Shown: piece by piece, positions 36,368 through 48,479 of the stretch
Layout: every line of letters starts with the position of its first letter
Position numbering within the stretch: position 1 is the first letter of the stretch
Assembly: GCF_035084215.1 (NCBI RefSeq)
Contig: NC_090340.1
Coordinates: 42,284,001 to 42,348,000, forward strand
Origin: Heptranchias perlo
Lineage: Eukaryota
Direction: 5' to 3'
DNA length: 64,000 nucleotides
Made by a program: the position numbers and the translations under genes
The notes under the pieces: generated by a model
The model's input: the letters and a program-made list of their open reading frames with translations, nothing else
Database searches by the model: none
What the model was told of the DNA's origin: nothing

Positions 36368-38373
36368 CACATCTCCACAAACTGCCCACTGTACCAGAAA
36401 TCACATCTCCACAAACTGCCCACTGCACCAGAAATCACATCTCCACAAACTGCCCACTGCACCAGAGATCACATCTCCACAAACTGCCCACTGCACCAGA
36501 GATCACATCTCCACAAACTGCCCACTGTACCAGAGATCACATCTCCACAAACTGCCCACTGCACCAGAGATCACATCTCCACAAACTGCCCACTGCACCA
36601 GAGATCACATCTCCACAAACTGCCCACTGTACCAGAGATCACATCTCCACAAACTGCCCACTGTACCAGAAATCACATCTCCACAAACTGCCCACTGCAC
36701 CAGAAATCACATCTCCACAAACTGCCCACTGTACCAGAGATCACATCTCCACAAACTGCCCACTGTACCAGAGATCACATCTCCACAAACTGCCCACTGT
36801 ACCAGAGATCACATCTCCACAAACTGCCCACTGTACCAGAAATCACATCTCCACAAACTGCCCACTGTACCAGAGATCACATCTCCACAAACTGCCCACT
36901 GTACCAGAGATCACATCTCCACAAACTGCCCACTGCACCAGAAATCACATCTCTACAAACTGCCCACTGTACCAGAGATCACATCTCCACAAACTGCCCA
37001 CTGCACCAGAAATCACATCTCTACAAACTGCCCACTGTATCAGAGATCACATCTCCACAAACTGCCCACTGCACCAGAAATCACATCTCTACAAACTGCC
37101 CACTGTATCAGAGATCACATCTCCACAAGCTGCCCACTGTACCAGAGATCACATCTCCACAAGCTGCCCACTGTACCAGAGATCACATCTTCACAAACTG
37201 CCCACTGTACCAGAGATCACATCTCCACAAGCTGCCCACTGTACCAGAGATCACATCTCCACAAACTGCCCACTGCACCAGAGATCACATCTCCACAAAC
37301 TGCCCACTGTACCAGAAATCACATCTCCACAAACTGCCCACTGTACCAGAGATCACATCTCCACAAACTGCCCACTGTACCAGAGATCACATCTCCACAA
37401 ACTGCCCACTGTACCAGAGATCACATCTCCACAAACTGCCCACTGTACCAGAAATCACATCTCCACAAACTGCCCACTGTACCAGAGATCACATCTCCAC
37501 AAACTGCCCACTGTACCAGAGATCACATCTCCACAAACTGCCCACTGCACCAGAAATCACATCTCTACAAACTGCCCACTGTACCAGAGATCACATCTCC
37601 ACAAACTGCCCACTGCACCAGAAATCACATCTCTACAAACTGCCCACTGTATCAGAGATCACATCTCCACAAACTGCCCACTGCACCAGAAATCACATCT
37701 CTACAAACTGCCCACTGTATCAGAGATCACATCTCCACAAGCTGCCCACTGTACCAGAGATCACATCTCCACAAGCTGCCCACTGTACCAGAGATCACAT
37801 CTTCACAAACTGCCCACTGTACCAGAGATCACATCTCCACAAGCTGCCCACTGTACCAGAGATCACATCTCCACAAACTGCCCACTGCACCAGAGATCAC
37901 ATCTCCACAAACTGCCCACTGTACCAGAAATCACATCTCTACAAACTGCCCACTGCACCAGAGATCACATCTCCACAGACTGCCCACTGCACCAGAGATC
38001 ACATCTCCACAAGCTGCCCACTGCACCAGAGATCACATCTCCACAAGCTGCCCACTGTACCAGAGATCACATCTCCACAGACTGCCCACTGTACCAGAAA
38101 TCACATCTCCACAAACTGCCCACTGCACCAGAAATCACATCTCCACAGACTGCCCACTGTACCAGAGATCACATCTCCACAGACTGCCCACTGCACCAGA
38201 GATCACATCTCCACAAACTGCCCACTGTACCAGAGATCACATCTCCACAAGCTGCCCACTGTACCAGAGATCACATCTCCACAGACTGCCCACTACACCA
38301 GAGATCACATCTCCACAAGCTGCCCACTGCACCAGAGATCACATCTCCATAAGCTGCCCACTACACCAGAGAT
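36368..38373. repeat. Minisatellite, 34-bp unit, ~59 copies, with a 612-bp (18-unit) higher-order duplication
   Basis: Unit CACATCTCCACAAACTGCCCACTGYACCAGARAT. Diagnostic variants recur 612 bp apart (36951/37563 and 37189/37801). Confidence 0.97.
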
Positions 38374-38376
38374 AAT

Positions 38377-38740
38377 AGAGCTATAAATTCAGCCGCGTAA
38401 TGCCCGTTATGTTTTAATATAACTCAACAGTTTGTAAACATAGGGACGGGACCTGCATCTGTGTTTTATGTGTGCAGTATCTGATCTCTGTTCACACTCC
38501 GTGCAAATTCGTATCTTATATTTTGCAAATAAGGGGTGCAGCCTGCCTTTAAGAGGTGCGAGCCACTCACGCAATATCAGGCTCCCCTGCTGGTGAGAAG
38601 CCATTCAACAGTGCAGCCATGCCTGGCTGCTCGCCGGAATCAGGTAAATGACCAGGCAGCACGAATCTCACATGGGCGTGGATTGATCGCGCACCGCGAC
38701 CCCTGCACCTGGATTCGAGGGTTATCAAATTTAACCTCCC
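38377..38740 (+). mobile_element. Non-autonomous derivative of the Harbinger at 19065-21474
   Basis: Right end accgcgacccctgcacctgg...ttatcaaatttaacctccc matches 21428-21474. cctttaagaggtgc is shared. Confidence 0.75.
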
Positions 38741-38767
38741 ACAAACTGCCCACTACACCAGAGAGGT

Positions 38768-39073
38768 GTCACCAGAGAGGGGTCACAGTCTCAGGATACG
38801 GGCTAGGACATTTAGGACTGAGATGAGGAGAAATTTCTTCACTCAGAGGGTGGTGAACCTGTGGAATTCTTTACCACAGAAGGCTGTGGAGGCCAAGTCA
38901 CTGAATATATCTAAGAAGGAGCTAGATAGATTTCTAGACACAAAAGGCATTAAGGGCTATGGGGAGAGAGCAGGAATATGGTATTGAGATAGAGGATCAG
39001 CCATGATTATATTGAATGGTGGAGCAGGCTCGAAGGGCCGAATGGCCTACTCCTGCTCCTATTTTCTATGTTT
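38768..39073 (+). mobile_element. CR1 3' fragment
   Basis: RGHSLRIR..EMRRNFFTQRVVNLWNSLP, then 3'UTR and tttctatgtttc tail. Confidence 0.9.
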
Positions 39074-39859
39074 CCAGATCACATATAAATTCTACCCCAT
39101 GCACTTTCCATCAGGAGTCACTGGACAGTGATACTGGAGTAAGAAATCTGGCTAATGATTTTCCCCATCCTAGTCCAGGGCATTGAGGCATTGTAGCTCC
39201 CACCCCACCCCCACCCCGTCGCCACTGCTACTATGGCTGAAACAAGCTAACTCAACATCTTTCGCTGATCACAGCAAGGCATGCTACAGTTGGCCTCTCC
39301 GTCCCTGGACTAGGGAGAGTTTAAAATGGGGAAAGTTTATCACCAAACACTGATTCGGTTAATGCATGAAGAATGGCCACCAGGGGAGATACTAGAGGAC
39401 AGCTGCCAGCTTTGGAACATACCCCCCTACAAGTCAGTATATTCATTAAAATGTAGCTCTAATAAAATGATTACAAATTGTATGAACTAATGAGTCAAGA
39501 CAGAACTGCAAATGGAAATATTCTTCTGTGTCACTGAAGCAATTTAGGGTAGGGCATCTTCAGATATCTGGTAATATTTTCATGTATTTACAAGTGTGCA
39601 GATAGTGATCATTTTAACAGATGGGATATTTTTGCTAATACAATTGTTATGTCACGTATTCTAAGAAGGGTTTAACATAGTAGATGTAAACGTAAAATCC
39701 TATCCAATGCATCCTGTAATGATTATTACTCACAAACTAAAAAGAATAAATGCACCAGTTACTTAACATAGATCTGATTTGAGTTAACATAACTGCCATC
39801 TTTTTGATTATTTTAAACTAGAAGTCTAATTTAAAGTAGATATTTATACCTTTTGTAAG

Positions 39860-40035
39860 ATAATGTATAATATAATAGGAAAAATAGCTCAACAATCCAG
39901 AAGTCAGTATTTATATCTTTGTATTATGAGAATGTATTCTGTGTAATAGCGGCTACCACATGGTTTAGATTAGGTCGTTAGGACTCCGCAGGGAAATGCA
40001 AAGTAAGCAGGAGGTGACACATTAATGCAATTTAT
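39860..40035 (+). repeat. Dispersed ~175-bp repeat, copy 2
   Basis: Colinear with 18741-18916. Confidence 0.8.
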
Positions 40036-41317
40036 GAAGCATCAAAGGATTTGTGTAGGAATTATAGCTGGTTTTGAGCGGACATACATTTTAGCTTTTA
40101 AGGTGTGAAGTTTATAACCATGGAAAATTATCTTGTCTTCTACATAATGACACTTTGCATTCCAGTCAGAATGGAGTGTATGTGGTGCCACATTGCCATC
40201 TACTGGTGTAGTAGCATATGACACAAAGATCACATGATAATGATCTCAGAATTGATAGGTTTAGAGCAAGTCATCTGATATTGTCCATCTAGAAGTATAA
40301 ATACGCTCACTTTCAGTAATTCTTTAGTATTCCATGCCAGGAACTGGCTAGGATTGGAATTAGATTTAAAGGCAGACCTGAGAGAAATATCCTACTGGTA
40401 AGTATAGAAATGTATAACTTGCTTATACTTTCTGTCAATATTAATAAATCCAATAAGTTAATTTATCTCTGGCATCCAAACGTATATAATTTGGACGAAT
40501 CTACTCGTTTGATGTAACACCTCTCAGTGTCAGACTATAACCTCTTACTATATATTTTTTTTAAAGATATACAACAGTACAGAGAATAAAGTACAATAAT
40601 GATTAACTGTGATGCGTCACAATGGGAAGATATTCCTGGGTCTGCACCCAGGGTGACTGGACTGCCTGGTCGTTGTGAATCAGGCAAATCAGAACACACT
40701 TGCCTTTAAAGGAACCTGCCCAATTTTCCTCCATTTAAATTAAAGAGTGGATTCCTTTACAGGTGTATGCTCTGACCTGCCCCATTTTCTCATTCACTAT
40801 GTTCAAGGTGATCCAGTTCCCTAATGTTCTTTCACAACTTTAGTGATTTACATAAATGGAATAGAACAATCACAATTTGACTACATGGGCTGCCATGGAC
40901 ATTTTCAAATCTGCCATTGTTGCAAAAGCTTTGAAACAAAAATTGAATTTATGATTCATATGGTAGAAACCAGATTATATTAATGAAATAAATAACCCAG
41001 AGGTTAAACGTTCAGAACATAACAGAACACTCCAGAGACTGAAAGTGCTAGTCACATAGCCACCTTAACATGGCTCCATGAGCTGAAATGATAATAAACT
41101 ATCTGCATTAAGGAAAAAGATTACCAGATTCTGAAGTTATGAAAATAACAATTTATTAAAACAAGGTATTAACATGTGAAAAGATGTAAATAAGTATACA
41201 GTTAAAATCACTAGGTCACAAAATACAGACGAGGGAGGCAATTTGACACATCTAAGTCATCCTTTAATAGAAAGGTACAATTGTTCCCCACTCCCCATCT
41301 AAATGTCTTTTTAATGG

Positions 41318-41722
41318 TCCAGAGACTTGAGCACATAATCTAGACTGGCACCTCAGTGCAGTACTGAAGGAGTGCTACACTGTCAGAGGTGCTGTTTTTC
41401 GGATGAGATGTTAAACCGAGGCCTCGTCTGCCCTCTCAGATGGTCGTTAAAGATCCCATTGCACTATTTAAAGAAGAGCAGGGGAGTTCTCCTAGTGTCA
41501 TGGCCAACATTTATCCCTCAAACAATACCTACAACAGATGATCTTGTCATTTATTTCATTGCTGTTTGTGGGACCTTGTTGAGCGCAAATTGGCTGCTGC
41601 CTTTCCTACATTACAACAGTGACTACACTTCAAAAGTACTTCATTGGCTGTAAAGCGCTTTGGGCTGTCCTGAGGTCATGAAAAATGCAATATAAATGGG
41701 AGTCTGTCTTTCTTTCTTTCTC
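41318..41722 (+). mobile_element. Deu-domain SINE (SacSINE1/AmnSINE1-like), 5'-truncated
   Basis: ggatgagatgttaaaccgaggcc...aaagatcccattgcactattt.aagaagagcaggggagttctcc matches the recalled Deu core. Ends with tgtaaagcgctttggg...tataaat and a (CTTT)n tail. Confidence 0.8.
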
Positions 41723-43428
41723 TCTCACTCTCACCCTTTCTCAGACTGCCACTGATACACTCTGAACCAGAGACCAAAAGGCCTCCGGAAGCGACTCAGG
41801 GATGTCTATCTGTCGAGTATTCCCTCTCCAGTCTCCCCTCGACACCTGCCCACAGTGGCATAGTTGAGAATGAGGAGTAAGTGAAGTGTAAAAATTAAAT
41901 CAGTGTGCCCCACATGTGAATGGTCCCACACGCTACTCCACAACCTCATGCCTTTAACAAATGACTTTACAGAAACATCAGGTACAAGGCCAAATTCTAC
42001 TTGGAAGCCAAAAATGTAAAGATTGATCTAATCCCATTATAGATGGGACCTGGCCAATCCTTCATGTGTAAAAACATTCAGACCAAGAAGGCTGTGGCCT
42101 GGCAAGTAAACAAGTCAATAAAACTAATATGATATTAGTGAATCCTGAGGGAAGTGTCTCTTTCTGCAATGGGAGTCTGACTACACCATCAGCAGCAATC
42201 ATGCGCTTTGAAAATTAACAAGAACAAAAGCCATCTTATTCTGGACAGTTTAACGACAGAGATCAGACACTTGCGACCATTTTTATGAATAAAATCAATT
42301 TTTATGCCACAGTACCTTATTTGGATATGTTAAAATATGTCACCATACAAAAAACTGCTGCACATCTAACTATGGCACAAAACACATCAAACACATAAGT
42401 GTCCAGATAATTTTGTGTAGAATTTAGCCCATAAAAAGGTATGTCAACTGTGGTGAAATATTGGGTGCTGTCGACCTTCCTACTGACTATAATCTTTACA
42501 CTTTTTACAGCGTTTGAATTTCAATACATCAAACAGCTTCTTTAAGTGGAAGATCAATTTTCTGAAGAAATTAGATTAAGGTATAGATGGGATAGGAATC
42601 AAATTATTTTATTGAATTAAATTAATTGGTTTAGAAAATATTAGGCACCAATTGATGAACGTACTAAATCAGAACTATTTAGTTCCTTAGCTCCAAACAA
42701 AAGAAATACTGTCTGCACTTTACAGCAAACTATTGTTAAAATGACTAATCCAATGAACTGCAAACTAGACATTTTGTTTTCCTTTCCCTCAAATTCTGAT
42801 CTTTATTTAAAATCCCTTCACTTGGATCTGTTAATCATTTTTTATTGTATCAATGGACCAATGTTCACTCTTAGGTCAATTCAATGATTATAGACAGAAA
42901 CGTTTTATTTCTTCAATAGTTCTAGATAATTAATCCAATATCCTTAAATAAATAAAATGATTCATTACAATGATTGCGATATTCAGTCAGAAAAGTAATC
43001 TGCACTTTTATAACTGTTGTTGGAGTTGTTGTGGATAACACGAGTTAACCTGATTAAAACAAAACCTCCAGCTTCAAACAAATTGTGCTCAATATGTAGG
43101 ACATTTCTCCAGTATGAAGCTACTGGCATTTTTCCATTTTATCATTTCATCTGCAGATGAAAAATAAGTTTTCACTGCTTTTAAAAATAGCAGATGAGAA
43201 AGAATAAAGTCGAAAGATCATGCAGCCCCCTTTTCTCAGCTGGTATCTTAGTATGTGCTTGCTGGGAGATCGGTCTCATCCTGATAAGAAAAAAACGAAA
43301 AGCAATAAATATTTACCATTAATATCCGTTGAGCTTCCTCTCCTTTGAAGAAAGTCTGTACACAACTGTTACTCTGCCTTTTCATCAATCATTCACTTCT
43401 TATTTCTATGCTTAACAGTTAAAATCAT

Positions 43429-43890
43429 GGCTGAGAAATTCGAATCGCGCCGGAAACAGGCGTGAAATGAGCGGTGTAATCTCGCACTCGAAGACGTTGG
43501 CCCGAAGCGAAATTGGGCCTCTGACCTCATCTGCAGAAAACCGGTGAGCTGCCAGTCGGGCATCTTGATGTAAACCACCAGTCAAGGCCGAAGGAAATTT
43601 AGTGGCCTCCAACGCCGAGCTGGCCCTCAGGTATCCGGGGGGAGGGAGGGGGCAACTGGAGGATTGGGGGGCCTGGTTAGGACTGCTGGCTGAAGACCTG
43701 GTTAACTGGACAGAGCATGCTCCACTTGCTTGATGACAAATTTCGAGAGCAGTCCTAAAACCAGCGTTAGGGCACAGATTTCCATATTAAAGGCACCTCA
43801 GGCCTGTTTCAGTGGCCCTGGACACTTCGAAGTCGCCAGCTTCCAATTTGGACGCTGGAATCCGGGTCAAAGGAATAGCCGAATTATTAA
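43429..43890. mobile_element. Possible Harbinger-like MITE
   Basis: GC/CpG-rich island in AT-rich DNA, bounded by aaattcg ... cgaatt. TIR weak. Confidence 0.4.
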
Positions 43891-43993
43891 GTAGTCATTT
43901 CATATATGAATTACTCAGGAAAAGGAATGTTGCCTTCGTAAGATATTGAAAAAGCGGAATAGAAGCTTGACATTATACAAAGGATAAGGTTAC

Positions 43994-44271
43994 CGGAGAG
44001 CGGGGATATAAAGAGCAGCGACCCGAGGCCCGAGACCTGAGCGGCGGCGGAACCAGAGGCGAGAGACCAGAGAGCGGGGATATAAAGAGCAGCGACCCGA
44101 GGCCCGAGACCTGAGCAGCGGCGGACCTTGGCGGAACCAGAGGCGAGAGAGCGGAGAGCGGGAATATAAAGAGCAGCGACCCGAGGCCCGAGACCTGAGC
44201 GGCGGCGGACCTGGGCGGAACCAGAGGCGAGAGAGCGGAGAGCGGGAATATAAAGAGCAGCGACCCGAGGC
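43994..44271 (+). repeat. Tandem 74-84-bp GC-rich monomers in the CR1 5'UTR, each with TATAAA
   Basis: tataaagagcagcgacccgagg at 44007, 44081, 44165 and 44249. Confidence 0.9.
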
Positions 44272-44301
44272 TTGCTCTGAGACCAGCGGCAGAGTTCGGG
44301 G

Positions 44302-44370
44302 TGACGTCACCAGTCAGAAAGTGACGCGGCACAGGGGAGGCAGCTGATTGGTGAGTAGGTGCAGGTGAGT
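44302..44370 (+). promoter_or_regulatory. Candidate CR1 internal promoter motifs (CRE TGACGTCA, reverse CCAAT) and splice-donor-like gtgagt
   Basis: TGACGTCA at 44302-44309, TGACG nearby, ctgattgg, and caggtgagt. Motif match only. Confidence 0.4.
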
Positions 44371-47300
44371 ATTTCTACCATTTTACTGTAAGTAAAGTAA
44401 TAAGAAAGGGAAGGTCTGCAGGTTTTATAGCAGGTAGTGTTTTGTTTTTTAGTGTACCTAGGTCCCTGGTATAGTTAACCTTTTCTAATTTCAACGTAAT
44501 TTAAAAGGGGTAACTAAGCTAAGGCAAATCATGGCAGCAGACCTCGCACCCGTGATATGCCCCTCCTGCAAGATGTGGGAAGTCATGGACACTACCAGTG
44601 TCCCTGCCGACCATGTGTGCAGGAAGTGTGTCCACCTGCAGCTACTGACCGATCGTATGTCGGAGCTGGAGCTGCGGGTGGACTCACTGTGGAGCATCTG
44701 CGATGCAGAGAAACTCGTGGATAGCACGTTTAGCGAGTTGGTCACACCGCAGGTAAAGGGTGTACAGGCAGGAAGTGAATGGGTGACCACCAGGCAGAGT
44801 AAGAGGTGCAGGCAGGTAGTGCAGGGGTCCCCTGTGGCCATCCCCCTCTCAAACAGGTATACCATTTTGGAAACTGTTGGGGGTGATGGCTCACCAGGGG
44901 AAGGTGGCAGCGGCCAGGTTCATGGCACCGTGGCTGGCTCTGCTGCACAGGAGGGCAGGAAAAAGAATGGCAGAGCTATAGTGATAGGGGAGTCGATTGT
45001 AAGGGGAATAGACAGGCGTTTCTGCGGACGCAACCGAGACTCCAGGCTGGTATGTTGCCTCCCTGGTGCAAGGGTCAGGGATGTCTCGGAGCGGCTGCAG
45101 AACATTCTGGAGGGGGAGGGTGAACAGCCAGTTGTCGTGGTACATATAGATACCAACGATATAGGTAAAAAAACGGGATGAGGGTCCTACAAGCTGAATT
45201 TAGGGAGTTAGGAGTTAAACTAAAGAGTAGGACCTCAAAGGTAGTAATCTCAGGATTGCTACCAGTGCCACGGGCTAGTCAGAGTAGGAATGACAGGATA
45301 GCTAGGATGAATACGTGGCTTGAGAGATGGTGCAAGAGGGAGAGATTCAAATTCCTGGGACATTGGAACCGGTTCTGGGGGAGGTGGGACCAGTACAAAT
45401 TGGACGGTCTGCATCTGGGCAGGACTGGAACCAATGTCCTAGGGGGAGTGTTTGCTAGTGCTGTTGGGGAGGGTTTAAACTAAAGTGGCAGGGGGATGGG
45501 AACCGATACAGGAAGTCAGTGGGAAGTTAAGTGGTGACAGAAACAAAAGGCAGTAAGGGAGAGTGTACAAAACACGACCGGACAGATGGTCTGAGAAAGC
45601 AGGGCAAAGACCAAGGTAAGTCTCGATTAAACTGCATTTATTTCAATGCAAGAAGTCTGATGGGCAAGGCAGATGAACTCAGGGCATGGATGGGCACATG
45701 GGACTGGGATGTTATAGCTATTACTGAAACATGGCTAAGGGAGGGGCAGAACTGGCAGCTCAATGTTCCAGGGTACAGATGCTATAGGAAAGATAGAGCA
45801 GGAGGTAAGAGAGGAGGGGGAGTTGCGTTCTTGATTAGGGAGAACATCACGGCAGTAGTGAGACAGGATATATCCGAGATCACGTTGATAGGATTGTATT
45901 ACAGACCCCCAAATAGTCAACGGGAAATTGAGAAGCAAATATGTAAGGAGATTACAGACAGCTGCAAGAAAAATAGGGTGGTAATAGTAGGGGACTTTAA
46001 CTTTCCCAACATTGACTGGGACAGCCATAGCATTAGGGGCTTGGATGGAGAGAAATTTGTTGAGTGTATTCAGGAGGAATTTCTCATTCAGTATGTGGAT
46101 GGCCCGACTAGAGAGGGGGCAAAACTTGACCTCCTCTTGGCAAATAAGGAAGGGCAGGTGACAGAAGTGTTAGTGAGGGATCACTTTGGGACCAGTGATC
46201 ATAATTCCATTAGTTTTAAGATAGCTATGGAGAATGATAGGTCTGGCCCAAAAGTTAAAATTCTAAATTGGGGAAAGGCCAATTTTGATGGTATTAGACA
46301 GGAACTTTCAGAAGTTGATTGGGAGAATCTGTTGTCAGGCAAAGCGACGTCTGGTAAGTGGGAGGCTTTCAAAAGTGTGTTAACCAGGGTTCAGGGTAGG
46401 CACATTCCTTATAAAGTGAAGGGCAAGGCTGGTAGAAGTAGGGAACCTTGGATGACTCGGGAGATTGAGGCCCTAGTCAAAAAGAAGAAGGAGGCATATG
46501 ACATGCATAGGCAGCTGGGATCAAGTGGATCCCTTGAAGAGTATAGAGATTGCTGGAGTAGAGTTAAGAGAGAAATCAGGAGGGCAAAAGGGGATATGAG
46601 ATTGCTTTGGCAGATAAGGCAAAGGTGAATCCAAAGAGCTTCTACAAATACATGAAGGGCAAAAGAGTAACTAGGGAGAGAGTAGGGCCACTTAAGGATC
46701 AACAAGGTCATCTATGTGCGGAACCACTAGAGATGGGTGAGAGCCTAAATGAATATTTCACATCGGTATTTACGGTTGAGAAAGGCATGGATGTTAGGGA
46801 ACTTGGGGAAATCAATAGTGATGTCTTGACGAGTGTACATATTACAGAGAGGGAGGTGCTGGAAGTCTTACCGCGCATCAAGGTAGATAAGTCTCCGGGA
46901 CCTGATGAAATGTATCCCAGGACGTTATGGGAGGTTAGGGAGGAAATTGCAGGTCCCCTAGCAGAGATATTTGAATCATCCACCGCTACAGGTGAGGTGC
47001 CTGAAGATTGGAGGGTAGCAAATGTTGTGCCTTTGTTTAAGAAGGGCGGCAGGGAAAAGCCTGGGAACTACCGACCGGTGAGCCTGACATCTGTAGTGGG
47101 TAAGTTGTTAGAGGGTATTCTGAGGGACAGGATCTACAGGCATTTGGAGAGGCAGGGACTGATTAGGAACAGTCAGCATGGTTTTGTGAGAGGAAAATCA
47201 TGTCTCACAAATTTGATTGAGTTTTTTGAAGGGGTAACCAAGAAGAAAGATGAGGGCTGTGCAGTAGACGTGGTCTACATGGACTTTAGCAAAGCCTTTG

Positions 47301-48479
47301 ACAAGGTACCGCATGGTAGGTTGTTACATAAGGTTAAATCTCACGGGATCCAAGGTGAGGTAGCCAATTGGATACAAAATTGGCTTGACGACAGAAGACA
47401 GAGGGTGGTTGTAGAGGGTTGTTTTTCAAACTGGAGGCCTGTGACCAGCGGTGTGCCTCAGGGATCGGTGCTGGGTCTGCTGTTATTTGTTATTTATATT
47501 AATGATTTGGATGAGAATTTAGGAGGCATGGTTAGTAAGTTTGCAGATGACACCAAGATTGGTGGCATTGTGGACAGTGAAGAAGGTTATCTAGGATTGC
47601 AACGGGATCTTGATAAATTGGGCCAGTGGGCCGATGAATGGCAGATGGAGTTTAATTTCGATAAATGTGAGGTGATGCATTTTGGGAGATCGAATCGGGC
47701 CAGGACCTACTCCGTTAATGGTCGGGCATTGGGGAGAGTTATAGAACAAAGAGATCTAGGAGTACAGGTTCATAGCTCCTTGAAAATGGAGTCACAGGTG
47801 GATAGGGTGGTGAAGAAGGCATTCGGAATGCTTGGTTTCATTGGTCAGAACATTGAATACAGGAGTTGGGATGTCTTGTTGAAGTTGTGCAAGACATTAG
47901 TAAGGCCACATTTGGAATACTGTGTACAGTTCTGGTCACCCTATTATAGAAAGGATATTATTAAACTAGAAAGAGTGCAGAAAAGATTTACTAGGATGCT
48001 ACCGGGACTTGATGGTTTGACTTATAGGGAGAGGTTGGATAGGCTGAGACTTTTTTCCCTGGAGAGTGGGAGGTTTCGGGGTGATCTTCTGTCTATAAAA
48101 TAATGAGGGGCATAGATAAGGTCGATAGTCAAATTCTTTTCCCAAAGGTAGGGGAGTCTATAATGAGAGGGCATAGATTTAAGGTGAGAGGGGAGAGATA
48201 CAAAAGGGTCCAGAGGGGCAATTTTTTCACTCAAAGGGTGGTGAGTGTCTGGAACGAGCTGCCAGAGGCAATAGTAGAGGCGGGTACAATTTTGTCTTTT
48301 AAAAAGCATTTGGACAGTTACATGGGTCAGATGGGTTTCGAGGGATATGGGCCAAGTGCAGGCAATTGGGACTAGCTTAGTGGTATAAACTGGGCAACAT
48401 GGACATGTTGGGCCGAAGGGCCTGTTTCCATGTTGTAAACTTCTATGATTCTGTGATTCTATAAAAAAAATGAGATGCA

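Larger units (their letters stand above)
43994..48462 (+). mobile_element. Near full-length CR1 LINE: monomeric 5'UTR, ORF1 (44531-45483, zinc finger + SGNH/GDSL esterase, one frameshift), ORF2 (~45531-48375, frameshifted)
   Basis: CPSCKMWE..VCRKC, AIVIGESIVRG, DGLHL; [37 protein letters not shown]. Tail ttctatgattctgtgattctat. Confidence 0.96.

Noticed and set aside
34413-38373. CRISPR array
   Set aside because: Units are contiguous without regular unique spacers, there are no cas genes, and the context is vertebrate.
34396-38386. Long + strand ORFs (323-795 aa) over the 37/34-bp arrays
   Set aside because: The units lack + strand stops, so all three frames give the same permuted peptide. 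The 795-aa ORF starts inside a MITE. No evidence of coding.
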